Shown: positions 1-13,444 of the stretch, in pieces | How the letters are laid out: the number at the start of each line of letters is the position of its first letter | Position numbering within the stretch: position 1 is the first letter of the stretch | Assembly (NCBI GenBank): GCA_003344405.1 | Contig: NOWV01000196.1 | Location: 1 to 64,000 of the forward strand | From: Trichoplax sp. H2 | Lineage: Eukaryota | DNA: 64,000 nucleotides | Direction of reading: 5' to 3' | Translations under genes and position numbers: made by a program | The notes under the pieces: generated by a model | What the model was told of the DNA's origin: nothing | The model's input: only the letters and a program-made list of their open reading frames with translations | The model's database searches: none

Positions 1-2274
1 TCACCTGCTACTACTTGAGATATCGCTTCTAGTAACTGAGATTAAATGTGGATAGTGCACTAGAGCACTTTAAAGGTTTATGAGATAATGATAAAATTAA
101 TTTATTTTTATAAAAATAAACTTTAATAAAGGTCAATATACATAGGATACCAAAAATACTGCTTTGGGTAGCAGTAAACACTACGGCTGTAATAGACTGA
201 ATTAGTATCGGTATCGGTATGAAATCTTTGCTTCAATTTTGAATAGAACAGCGCCTAGACCTGGTGATAGTCATTTCCTCTTGGTGTTTATTTTTATTAA
301 GGAAAATAATTATGATGTCATATTCATAAAGTATCAGTAATGAGTAATAGAATTGGAATTGTAGCTTTCTGTGCAATCTGCTACGAAGAAATGGCTTTTG
401 CTACAGATGTGTTTAGGTTAATTAATTAATTTACAAAATTCTCAAAATTTCATTATAAATTTTGGATCGCTTTCAGCATAAAGTCATTCTAGACATGAAA
501 GTCTAATCAGTCTGTAATCAATTCATATTGTACCACTTTTCTAGCGATACCGATGAAAAGAGGCAACGGGATAGAGCAAATAAGCTATGTAAGCAGCCTC
601 ATTAACTCTACGGCTTAAATGCACCAATTAATTTTACCGGCGATTTTTGTTTATAATTATGCGGTGATATTTTCCCTTCATTTAGAATTTGCCCAAAAAT
701 TAAGCTATAGCAGGCTCACAAATAAGCAAAGATTCTATTAAAGCAAAAGCAATCATCCCTGTTTTCTGATTTTACTACGCCATGCACACCAAATTTACTT
801 CTACAACAAATAGAAGCATCCTCATGTCAAGAATCAGGGCATGATTACGAAGAGGTGCAAGAAAAATGACCAGTATACACCCTTGCTATGTACTGATTTT
901 ACACCTGTCAGCTAGAAGAATGATCGTTAAAATTGTTGTCTATAGAGAAACCTTTGTATTAATGCAGCTTACAGTTAATAAAACACAATCTTTGTATAAT
1001 TACATTATTTCTGTGAGAGTTTACACGAACACAGGTGTTAGCAATGAAAGGATGAAAATTACTACGACTTGCACCTTTGATTTCTAATTTGCTACAATTG
1101 GTAATAGCTTTTAAACTGCCCTAGTTTATCCTACTTTGTATCTACTATTTAGCGCTATGTAGACACTATGGATTTAGGAATCTTTAAAATAAGTTAGGCG
1201 AAGCTCACTAAAACTGCGGTATATCCATATCGGATTTCTAAATTCAATAGCGATCTATCAATAAAGCAGCTATGAGCTTCGAGGATAACACTATCCACCG
1301 ACTTTACCCTTAAAAATGCCCAGGGACTACTACCAGCTAATTTTAGTACTTTTCCTCCAATTTTTACACTGTAGAAGTAGTATTATTTCCCATTTCTTTT
1401 CTTTTACATGAGGGGATGTAGATTGGGGAAAGTACAATAATTAGTCGGTATAAGTCTCTGAAAATACAGATAATAAGACACGATTGAAAACTTCATTTGC
1501 ATGCTTCATAGTAATATGTACTATAGACCTAATTTTTAACCATTTATTCATCAGCTCAAACCGCTTAGCATAAGACTTTCCTTTAACAAACTCAATAAAG
1601 CTCAGAGTAGGTAATTATTCTTTATTATTAAAAATCTAAAAAATTGCACCAAAATGGACTTTTTAGAACTTATCGAGAGGTATCGCAGTTCTAGCACATA
1701 TTCTAATAACGTATTAACCATTTTTGCACCATTAGATACATGTCATGATGAACACAATATTGAAAATTAAAGGCTTTCTAAGCCAAACGAAGACTACAGT
1801 ACTAATGCAAGTAAATAAAAAATTTAAGTTGATTTCACACTCTTTTAGTGCTATCAAAATTACTGCGTTAAATAAGGTAAAGAGTAAACTGCACTATTCG
1901 TAAGTTTTGACGAGCTATAAAATTAAATCGATGTGATCATCATGCAAAATGATGTCATGCGTTACTTGGAATCCAAAAACTTATCATGAGCTTATAGGCT
2001 AACATGTATAGCGTAAATTAACATTAGATAGATTTCATTATGGAATTGTGAGTGCATTTGCATCATCAGGCATTTTCAGTTGCTTTATGCATATCCGTGC
2101 TGTTATTTCTGGAAAACATTCTTACGCAAATTGTTTAAGAATACTAATAAATTCTTGCACGCACGATTTAAATTCAAGAGCACGTTTAATATTTATATCT
2201 TTTTGCATTTATATAAGGAAATATTTAAACCAATTTACTCCAGCATATATAATAAAACGGCGAATAGTACAGCC

Positions 2275-2510
2275 AGATATTTCTCCAAATAATTTTCTAT
2301 CGTGAACGGTATAACCTCTCTAACAAGTATCTTACTTCGCAATACTTAGCATTGATTCAAATGAGAGATAATAAAATGTTATATAAGACAGCATATGGTT
2401 CGATATTTTTCCCAACAATTTTCTATCAAAAACAGAATGACCTCTGTAGTATGTATTTTACTTTGCAGGGTATATCATTGATTTAAAGAGGAAATATTGA
2501 AATATTATTA
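2275..2510. repeat. Diverged tandem duplication, 2 x ~120 bp
   Basis: gatattt.tcc.aa.aattttctatc....ac.g.at.acctct.ta..a.gtat.ttactt.gca......cattgatt.aaa.gag occurs at ~2276 and ~2402. Confidence 0.75.
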
Positions 2511-2899
2511 GTCTTAATGTTTTTCCAATTTTTTCTTAATAAAAATGTGATAGATCTCATAAATAGATATCATATATAAAATTGAATTAGGATAAAATGA
2601 CGGGCACCCAAGCTGAGATATGCGACATTATGGAGGAAATCTAATCGAATTTCGATGACCCATTGAATGAAACACCGAATTAATCCCAAATTTGATAACT
2701 GATCAAGAATGGTAATATCAATAAGCACCGTTAGTAATTATGTTCCACTAGTATACAGTAATGAGCATTTACTCATTTGTGTCACTAAATTTCAGAATTT
2801 TAAATAGCAATTTTTCGTTCCATCGTATCAGATCTGTAAATAAGCTAGAATTATCTAATATGAAATAGGCTTGTACCATATATATTCAATCATGCTAAC

Positions 2900-5121
2900 T
2901 TATTTAACAGGTGTCGTTAACCTTTGCTCGTCGAGGGAATCCAAGCACGCAATTACCTATTATAAGAATTGAATAAAAATTAGCTCTTATTGTATGTTGC
3001 ATTTACTATTATCAAGCATTAAATGTAGCCTGCCTTCTTCAGAGATAGCCTTATAGATGGTCGCTCTTGCAAACACCCAAAAGCTAAATTCTGTAGCGTT
3101 TTTTCAATATTATATGGCCAGTGAGCGTAGGGATCACGAGGAAATACACATTTATTCTCCTCACATACTCGGTAATACTGGACCTGAAGTATGAATAAGT
3201 AACTGTCTGATTACTAAAGAGTATCGAGTTTAGACGACAAAGTAAGACCAACATTAGCATTCGTTAAAGCAATATGATATCTTTAATATAATTAAACCAT
3301 TCAACTTATCATGTTTGATGAAAATATGTAGTCTTTTTTACATTTATAAACTAGACTTACCAGAGTTTGAAACCCTTGAAAAGGAGATAAATAAGGCCGG
3401 CCGGATAGAACTTCTAGCAGTACCTGCAATAATAATTTTCATTCACATCTTTTTAATCAAGAAGGACAGATCATGTCTTTAAAATTAGATTATACTCATG
3501 TATTAAGAACAAATTTAGCTGCGGCTCCTATTAATAGCAATTGATACTAGTAACTTACAGATCCAAAGCCATAGACGTCATATCCTAGGGTTATTTCACC
3601 GCGAAAAGCTTCAGGTGGTATTCGAGTATAGCCAAGACTGCCTTGTAAAATAGCAATCTCATCATCGAATTGATTTCTAGGAATGCGCGCCTTGGTTAAT
3701 TTTGATTGATCGAACTTGCCAATTTTAGCCACATAGTGGGAATCGAGTAGGATATTTTCTGTTCTGATATCGCCGTGAATTAATGACTTCAGGAAGGCAG
3801 AATGAAGATATTGAATTCCTTGAGCAGTCCCAAGGCAAATTTGCAGCCTATACCAGCAATTTAATTGCGGATTCTGCAATATATAAATAAATGATATCAT
3901 TTTAAGCCTATATATCCATCTAATGCTTTAAATGAACCATCGATCTTTTTTTACTGTTTCGAACCTGATCTTGTAAGTGTTGGCATAAATTGCCATTTTC
4001 TACGTATTCCATAATGTAGCATAGCTGATTGTCGATTTCAACACATTGATGAAACTGAATAACATTGCGATGCTTATATCTATCAAATTAATAAAGTGTA
4101 GTTATGGCTGTTTAGCGATCTGCTAAAAATAGAACCATTCTTTTGAATTCATATTTAATAACTAGTGTCTAACTTCAAAAATCTTAAACATTTCATGGGA
4201 TTTAGTGCTGAGCAATAAAGATATGATCATCGGACTAGTTGAATTAAAGCATTTACTTCAATTGTATTTGATTTAAAGAGCTTAGACTTTTCGTGAAATG
4301 GAATGGTTACTAATATGTAATGCTTAATGATATAGTACTAACCGACGAAGAAATTGACTTTCTTTGGCGGCATTAACGGAAACCTGTATCGATATGATTA
4401 GATATTAATCAATGTGCAATGCTGTGATACTGAAATTGAGGCTGTAATATTATGAAGATAAACGACCTTCTCTTAAACTTAAAAAGCATTGCAGTACGGT
4501 AACGAAGATTAATTTACAAAGTAATTTAATACATTTCGCTAAGAAAATCTGGCAAGGAACGAATATTATCCTCGAAGATATAAGCGATACCGCTAGTTTA
4601 CAACTGCTTACGTTATATTTTGTCATTCTCTTAATGGCTACACGACCATATGCGCGAATTTGACACAGATAGATTTCACTAAATGTGCCTTGATTAACTC
4701 GATGTTTCGGAGCAAAGTTATTCGTTTGTTGGATAATCTCCTGTTGTGGTAGTCAATCAAGTAGTTTAAACGAAAATTAATTCTGGATAAAAAGGGATTG
4801 AAATTCACGAAGATCAGATTGCATAAGTACGGTACTTCTGAAATGATCGATAGAAAAAAAATACATTTTACCTGGACAGTATCCAAGTTTGCTCGCTTGA
4901 TTTTACTTAGGCGCTGATCAAAGGCAAAGTGATGATATTAATATAATTACATTAAATGTGATTGGCTATTTATCTTTAATTTCACTGGCATGGATTATAT
5001 GTAATCTTCTTATCCTATCCACCAGTTAAATATTTTAATTCTTTCTAGTTCCTACCATTTCTTTTCTTTTTTCATATATATTGATCACTTCCGTTTTCCA
5101 ACAAGAGAACAAGCATCCCAT
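2900..5121 (-). CDS. K1: Pelle/IRAK-like kinase-domain-only protein, probable pseudokinase, ~314 aa, 9 exons
   Basis: Exons 5121-5089 (MGCLFSCWKTE), 4913-4872, 4740-4612 (EIIQQTNNFAPKHRVNQGTFSEIY..VAIKR), 4383-4343, 4079-3965 (YKHRNVIQ..CYIMEYVENGNL), 3873-3559 (HGDIRTENILL..AKIGKFDQ..GYTRIPPE..DVYGFGS), 3423-3361 (VLLEVLSG), 3183-3034, 2956-2900 (VIACLDSL..*). They splice in frame with the same intron positions and phases as K2-K6; the last intron needs a GC donor. Confidence 0.85.
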
Positions 5122-5559
5122 TTCCTTTTCGTTGGGAAAGATTAATTGTAAGAATACTAATTTCTAGAGTTCCTTCAAGAACTAATTTGGTTAGTTTGCT
5201 TTAAGCAGAGTTGCGAATGAATATCGCCGATCGCGTATAAAAGATTATTGAAATAATTTACTCTAGCGCATAGAACTTAAACGCTTTCTGCTACTCTTTG
5301 AACTATCTTACACGAACATTACCAGCCCATGCGCTGTTTCCAAAACTAATATAAATGAATGCTTTCCATCTTACTATCAATCCCTTAAATAATTTTGAGG
5401 TTATATAATGTAAGGTCATTACCAAACGGAATGTAGTCTTATATTAGCTTTAGCAGCAATCTTCAGCTTCATAGACTCTTTATATCATAAGAAAAGAATT
5501 GTACTACCAACTCTTGGCATGAGGTACTTTGTTGTGATGACACGTTGCTAAGTAGCATC

Positions 5560-6400
5560 AATTCCTCGATGTAGCAAAGTATTCTTGCACACCTAGGTGT
5601 CTTTGCTATCATTCATTCCATCAGTTACTCATGGGACTTGCATTAAAAAATAACAATACTAAAGAGCTAAATATAACATTATAATTTACAATTTGTTGAT
5701 CGCGATCATATCAAAATCTTTCTATTACATCTCTTTACTAATGTTGATGCACGTCATCCGTGAATGGGGCCCATTTTATTTGTCAAGAAGCGTAATCTTT
5801 GCTGACGGTTACATCATATCTACCTGTACTCCAAATTTATTAATATTTTCCTCAGTTCTGTTTCTTTAATTCTATTGGAATTGAATGTACTAATAACTAC
5901 TTTCATTACTGCATGAACACGATTTTGGGAACTTTTTATTCAAATGTATTTGTTTAAGCAATAACATTAAGGCAAGATTTAAATTAATACTCAAGATGCA
6001 TCATTACCCTTTATCGATGACGTCCGGTTTAAATTAATTATGTTTACATACAATACATAAGAGATACAAATTTATATAGTTGGACTATATTACGTAAATA
6101 CTGTCGTTAAGGCGTCTCATAACGAATGAACTTTTGTTAGATAATAATAAGTTTCGATTCAATAGTCAACAAACATGTTAAAAAAATTTTTTGGCTTGAA
6201 CAGACTTACATATATATGTTAACATATTATTACCTCTGTAACGTAATTAATGGTTAGACATACATGTATTATAAAAATTTTCTGATCAATTTATCTTGCT
6301 GTTGAAAGTAAATGGGTAAAAATTAGCAATTTCTTGCAGCTGGTTGGGCTAGCTTCAACAAATAAATTCTTAGTTTATGCTAAGTAAGAATGTTAGCAGC
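5560..6400 (+). pseudogene. Possible decayed membrane-protein/7TM relic
   Basis: A frame at ~5669-5870 reads KYNIIIYNLLIAIISKSFYYISLLMLMHVIREWGPF..LLIFSSVLFL* (TM2-like N..I.NL.IA), flanked by other interrupted hydrophobic stretches. Weak. Confidence 0.2.
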
Positions 6401-7789
6401 TACGTTTATTTCATTTTGGGGAAAAGAATAATTGATTTGAATAATTAGATAGAGTTTCAGATTATTAATGACCGCTATAATTCTGTTGGATGAGACTGTA
6501 ATAGAGATTGCAATTTTACTGTAACATTAGAATGAAGGAAGCAAAGTTACTAAGTAGATCAATGCCGGTGTATTAATGTGAATGATTACTTACAAAAATT
6601 AAATTGCTCTGGCATAGATATTCATTTTTCGGTTGTATTATTCATCAATCTGTTTGAAATAAAAGTAACCTATGAGTGTAAAAGATACAAAGATTCTTTT
6701 AATCAATAAAAGAAATTTAATATTCATTTTATCAGATAAAGTTTACATGCAATAGGCATATACAATCTTTAATTTTGAATTCTACTAAAATATCTGATAC
6801 TAAATTTATTAAACCTTTGCATCAACAAATGGCCATTAGGTACGAGAAGTAGCCTAAAATTTGACTCGCTTGTCCACAGGATTTGTAACATTTAATCTAA
6901 TATAGAATAGTTTAAAATATTGCCAAGAGCTAGTGTTAATAATCAATTTAGTACCTGTCACAGAAACTCAGAAATCATACTGCGAGAGCACAAAAGCTCT
7001 TACCTACGAAAATTGCTTCCTATATTATGTATCATGTTTATACCGTGCCATTTTACTACGACATTGCCTAAATTAAGTAGTTCCGTTTCGTAAAATGTCC
7101 AAGACTACTTTGAAGTTGTTTTAAGTGCAATCTTGATAAGTAAAACTGCCAAACGAGTTTTTTATTTCCATCATTCATATTGTAATATTAAAATTTTTTT
7201 ATTTACTTACTGCATTAAAGGCAATTACGATACGATTAAGATACTTTTAACATAAATTCGATGGAATGTTACAGGTATAAGTATGATTTTATCATTACTG
7301 TTTAATTTTGGATTGAGATTGTCTAGAATAGATTCTTCTAATTCATCATGATTTGCCTGCTTCTTAAAGTTTTATCTTTAATTAGAAATATTTTATCCTA
7401 AAGCATATCAATTTCCTACTTAAAATTTAAAGCTAACTATCGATATCATCAACTATCATCAATGTCGTTTCAATCAGAAGAATTGGCGCTTAAGCATTAT
7501 TACAATTTTAAATTATATTAAAATTATATCTGATCGATCTCGTTTATGCTCTAATTTTAGATTCTTGCAATAAAACAAAATTCCTATCCTGTTCATCAAT
7601 CAACTAACATAAATGTTAAACTTATACAGCAACTTTAATGAATTTGTTGATTCGATTGGTTCTGTTACTATCAGCTCAATTTTTTTGGTTGTACTTATTT
7701 TTTTTAAAGATTAACAATAAGTAAAACAATTTTCCACCTCTTTATGGGCAGTCTCTAGTTGAAAGGTTTTAGTTTACAAGGGCGATATG

Positions 7790-8340
7790 GAGTGAGTGAT
7801 ACAGCAAATATTTGATCATAATGATAGCTATATTTGATTGTGTTGGTAGCGATATTTGATATAGTTAAAGTTTCTAAGAATAGGTATTATCGTAGTGCTA
7901 ATATTAGATTGCTAATTACTATATTATAAATTGGTGATGACTAGTATTAGCCAGTTGACTTGTTATGGTACAGTATTTATGTGACATGATATACTGTTGT
8001 TATGAAGATACCTAACACCGAAAGATACTGCACATTAATAGAAGAGTTGTGATATTTCAAGCAGATTGATTCAGATTGTAGGAGATGATGATGATCTATT
8101 TAAGCAAAGTTATTCTGTTTGATGACTAAAGTCTGATTGTAGCTAATTATGTTATCGTACATGGATTTAACGAAATGTGTTTAAGAACTACGGAGATGAG
8201 CTTACGTTAGAGGTTTGACTTAACTTTGAGCTCAGAATATTTCATACTAGATTCATGAAGCAATCAATTATTGCTCTACTATCCCTAAACGTTATAATTG
8301 TGATGGAGGGTTCGATATCTCGGAGGATTGAGATTTAGTT
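7790..8340 (+). repeat. Dispersed ~550 bp repeat, copy 1 (K1-K2 intergenic)
   Basis: Shares colinear blocks with 59780-60330, e.g. atatttgatatagtta, gctaatattagat, tagccagttgact, atggatttaacgaaatgtg, taagaactac.gagat.agct, aattattgctctacta. Confidence 0.85.
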
Positions 8341-10320
8341 GCCACTAACAATTAGTACACTAAAGGTTGCTTAAAAATTATACTTTATTTTAAGTAGTAA
8401 ATTAAGTACAGTGAGGTAGTTACGGTAGATCAACGTGCAAGCTGCCGTGAGTAACATGTGAAGCCTAACCAGGAAACTAACGATTTTTGAGGTGGAAATT
8501 AGCGGTATTTATAGTTTTAAAGATAGAGCACATGCAAAGAATAGGATTGTAGAATTAGATACAACATGTACCATAACAGGTTACAACATAGCTGATGATC
8601 ATAGCAAGCAGCGAGTACTGTAATACTAAATACAGTAGCCTATATATGAATGTGAAGTAAGCGGAATGTAAATATGTCTAAATATAAGAGCAATACAACA
8701 AGTCTATATTTAAGGGTAGAATATAGTTACAGCATGTTCTAAATACACTACAATAATAAAGTCTTTATAGAAAATTTCATTTGACTACGACACTTTATTT
8801 GTGAGATACTTTTATTACACCACGCCAATTATTATGAGTATCTATCCTACCTCTTGTTAATAATGAAATCATTGTAGGGGTTCAAATTTCAAAATTATAC
8901 CGTAAGTAATCGTCTTTCTGAGCGCTGGTTAGAGTACTGTGCTAATAGTCTAATACTAACATGTTAGATTATTCTTACTCAATCCGACTGTCAACAATCT
9001 GGTTAAAAGACATGATCGGAATGTATGCTTTAATAAGAGTCTAAATCAATTTTACCCATATTGGGCTGGTCTTTAATAGCTCTTATGACATCATATGACT
9101 GACATGTGCTAATTTGAATATACTCATATAGAAATCATTCTAAAATTTCATCCGTATAAATAAACTGCTTTGTTTAAAATAAGGTATTAAAGCCTCACTA
9201 CTAGGCTAGTGCAGTTGGTATTTATGAAAATACAAGGATCTTTGACTGTTGGTATCTGTAACTACGTTTAAATCTCCATCTCAAAGAATACTGAACTAAA
9301 TTTCTTATTTCCCCAAATCTAGTACACTTGACTGCACGACTAATTGATATTCAACTGTAAGTACAAAGATTGTAAAGAGGACCAATAAGTAAATCAAAGT
9401 ACTATCTGAATACAACAGTATACTGCAATTAATGAATCTTTAAAAGGTGTCGTTAGTTCGATTAAATCTAAATTATGTTGACTAGATATGTAACCTCTAC
9501 CGATAGTTTTCATACGATAACTTGAATAGGTAAATGCTGATATCATCTTGTATGCTTCAATAGATAACTGCATACTTTTGCAGAACCATCTAAATACTGA
9601 TGGAAATTTTTTGCGCAGATTCATTATAAGTTGACTGATTTGTAATATAGTTTCGGTTAATAGTATAGTCTGAGGAAATACATGTAGTGCACTGTGATGT
9701 CTTGATGATGGGAGATTATCAGAAAGAGAGCCATACCGTAGGTAAAATTCGGAAGGACAGTCCTGATAATGGGCTTATAGTATATATTTCCTTCCACAAT
9801 TCTAATTTTTTTGTTATGAGTTTGTAATGACCACTTTCAAGATAGCCTAAAGATCAGTATAATAGTGTAGATAACTATGCTGCATTACAGCATAGAGAAC
9901 TTATGTTATTACTCATTATTTACGACAATCATTATTCCATATGGTTGGCTAACCTCATAAACATAACTCCTCGTTTACTTTCAGTTACCCTCTATTCACC
10001 TAATTAGTCTTCCAGTCATTCCTTTATATGGTTAAACGATCAATTTGAAGTCATAGTTTAATTTAATTTTAATATTTTTTTCTTAGCTATATTAGCTGAA
10101 CTTATGTTAAAAATATTTCAAGAGTTGAGAAAGCAATTTTTTACTTATAACTACATTATTTTAAAATAGTTGTACACATGTTTTATCGTAGGGCTGCATT
10201 TTTATCGTTAGCTTCGTTGCAGTATTGGGTGCATAATCTATAGATTTTTTTTTTTTGGAAAGACCGAATTTGATAGCATATTTAGAGTATATTGGAGTAT
10301 TGTGTCGAATAGTAAAAAGA

Positions 10321-12711
10321 ATGGGAGGTATTTGTTCGTGCCGTAAGAATGAGGTAATTAATTAGTAGAACATTGCTGATTATTTCTTGGATAGTTGTTA
10401 GTTGAAAATGATCATTATTGTTGGTACATAAAGTAATTCCTTTATTAATTGACTTTGACATATCAATTTTATTTTAATTTCAACCTATGATTTAACCTAA
10501 CTAAGTATGGTAATATGAATGTATATATATGAATTATAATAATAAGGAGCAACTACTGAGGGCGGAGTCTTACCTTGGAAACCCCAATCTTGAGATACAA
10601 GCTGAGGTAAATTATTCTGTCACTAGTTAATTATGGGACTATCACAGACTTCTCTTTTGATAAAGGATAAAGTAGAGTATTCAGCTCTTCTTAGTTGCTA
10701 TTGTCAAATTTATTTTAGTATATAGGCAGAAATCTACTACGACACAAATTTTTAATGTACTTTACTATTCATCAATCAAGATACATTTACAATGTGACGA
10801 AGACACTATTTGAACGAGTCCTTTACAAGTCATTAAGGATGGATTATTAGTATAACAAAATGTTAGAAGGAAGTCTTTATTTTTAATAATTGCTAATTAT
10901 TCTAGGATTTAAAAATGGCAACAAATAATTTCTCGGCTGAGAATAGAATTGGTGCAGGCGCCTTTGGTGAAGTTTATCAAGCTGATCTGCACTCATTTGG
11001 CGTTGTTGCGGTTAAACGAATTAAGCAAAAATTTGTAAGTAAGTTTTTAACGGCATTACAATAGCGTATTTACTAGTTTTTTATGCAGTCAAGGCAATTA
11101 TGATGTAGATCAATTTCATTAATTTATCTATTTTTGACGATTCATTTAATATGTATCTCGATGATACGTTACAAATATGGTGGTAAAAGATATCAGTAAA
11201 TGATCGACGAGAATGTCAGCTTCTATTTCAGTAAGTAGCAACTACTTGTGTGTTTTTCCGCATCGTATTAATGAATTTAAGATGGATTATAGATGAAAGA
11301 TTGCGATAATAATCGTTTACTTCTAGATATACACATATTAATCTCATACAGTTGCATACCGGCTTGGTTGTTGATGGCCACTTTTGCATGGTGATGGAGT
11401 TTATGATCAATGGCAGTTTAAGATCAAGATTGCAAGCGAAGGTATGCTGATTCAATAAAAGTCCGGTTCTTCATTTGAGTAATTTCTTATTTCTAGGTTA
11501 ATGTAACTTCTATTAATGACCGTATTATGATATTGTAGTTGTACTAAAGTCAGAAATTTAGAATAGAATTGACAACAATTACATAAAAAATTTTGTAATA
11601 ATCAATTACTTCATCGATACAAGCAAATAATTCGTACTCGAATTTAGCGAATTATAATTGCTAAATATCTATAAATTTCAGGATGAAAATCTGAATTATT
11701 TAGTCAGATTACGAATTTGTAGAGGCATAGCCAATGGAATCAATTATCTCCATTCAGCATTTAGGACATATCTTGTGCATAGGGACATTAAGAGTGATAA
11801 CGTATTGCTTTCGGAAGATTACACTCCTAAAATATGTGATTTTGGCCTAGTAAAAATTTTCTCTTCAAAAAGGAATAATAATGTTAATAGTGCTGCCATG
11901 ACTGAAAATATATGCGGAACTCAAGCTTACTTACCCCCAGAAGCATTTGATGGAATAATATCACGGCGTCTTGATGTGTATAGTTATGGAACTGTACGTG
12001 CAGTATATTGATTTAGCAATGCATTAATAAATTTGCAGAGGCTCATAATTGAGATTGCTCTTTATCCCGAAGGTATTACTGGAGATTATATCAGGGAAAT
12101 CACCGCTCTTTAGTAATAAAGAAGGAATTCCATATTTGGTAAATCTATATTTATGCAGTATTTTAAGGCCATCTTACCAGCAGCATGGATGCACTTATAA
12201 TACTCGTATTATACACGAACCGATATTATTTTTAGATTCAACTACAAGATATTTCGAGATTAATTTAATGATTGATGCTTATGTTAGTTCGATTACAGAC
12301 TTAACTGGCTAATTTCCATCAGATATAGTTTTCTTTATAAATTACAATGATGAACGAATTTAGATATGACATATTATTATGGTAAATTGACTATCTCACA
12401 CTGCTGACGATACCCTGTTTATCATTAAAAATCGCTACTAGGCGGACTACTTTCTCTACTGTTACATACACCAAATATCAGCCTTTCCTATCGATAAAAA
12501 GGCCAACTGGCCTAAAGATTATACAAAGGAATTAATGAAGCTAGCCAATTGGTGTCTAAGACATAAATATGAAGATCGACCATATATGAAGGAGGTTAGT
12601 AGGGAGACTATCCAAGGTTTGATTTTGCCGTAATGATTACTAGATGAGCTTATATTATCTATTTATAAGGTGATTGAAAAGCTTTCAGAAATCGCTTCTA
12701 AGACAAAATGA
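10321..12711 (+). CDS. K2: Pelle/IRAK-like Ser/Thr kinase, catalytically intact, ~316 aa, 9 exons
   Basis: Exons 10321-10353 (MGGICSCRKNE), 10547-10606, 10906-11034 (ATNNFSAENRIGAGAFGEVY..VAVKR), 11190-11230 (RECQLL), 11327-11441, 11682-11993 (HRDIKSDN, DFG, GTQAYLPPE, DVYSYG), 12073-12138, 12442-12594 (WP..CL..RP), 12670-12711. All GT-AG, frame open. Confidence 0.92.
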
Positions 12712-13444
12712 TTATCATGGTAATTATAAAAAATGAATGATTGCAGTAGCTGAAGAATTTACTCGAATAATTAAAATTACTAAAGAATACAAAATGATCT
12801 TTAAATCATTCAAGATTGAAATAATTATGATTTTTTTGTCATATATCAGCGGTGCAAATAGCTTCCGAAGTGTGGCAATTAATTAAATATTGTGTCATCA
12901 ATGATTTACTTTTATCGAGTAATTAATCATATGTTAACACCTAGCCATTAATAAACTATTATTAAATGTCGTAGAAAGTGTGTTGTGATTGTTGCAATAT
13001 TCAATAAGTAGACTTGGCTATGAATTTATTATTGCTTGCACCAATGAAGTTTGTGAGGCTATATAAAAGCCTCAAAGTTCTTAAGAATCAAAATTTTATT
13101 CTAAAAGCTACTTATTAAAATGACCGATTAAACTCACAACTTGCAATCTACTTCTAACAACTGATAACATTCTGCTATCGACTAACTTGTTAAATTCCTC
13201 AATCAACGTGAGTATTCTATCGTCTAAGACTCGAATCTGAGTTGGTAGATTAAAGAGTGCGTAGAGTTAGTTGCTTAGATAGTTAAGACTACTTTTGACG
13301 AAAGAATCTAATTAATTTTTGTCGTACAATCTCGGTTATGACATCGAGATAACGTAATTAATGAAGAGCTATGATAGAAACTGCATCGATTCAATGATAC
13401 GATGTGATATATTTTAATCGCTAAGTAGTAACTGAGGGTATAAA

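Noticed and set aside
1..300. Possible end of a neighbouring gene on the minus strand (hydrophobic frame IPIPILIQSITAVVF..)
   Set aside because: Frames are short and interrupted by stops, with no recognisable motif, and the region is truncated by the window edge.
866..2305. Short ORFs 866-1087, 2048-2305, 2080-2292
   Set aside because: No motifs; composition typical of AT-rich non-coding DNA, and several start at non-ATG codons.
4638..4886. ORF-track 82 aa ORF
   Set aside because: Wrong-frame overlap of K1 exons 2-3 and their intron.
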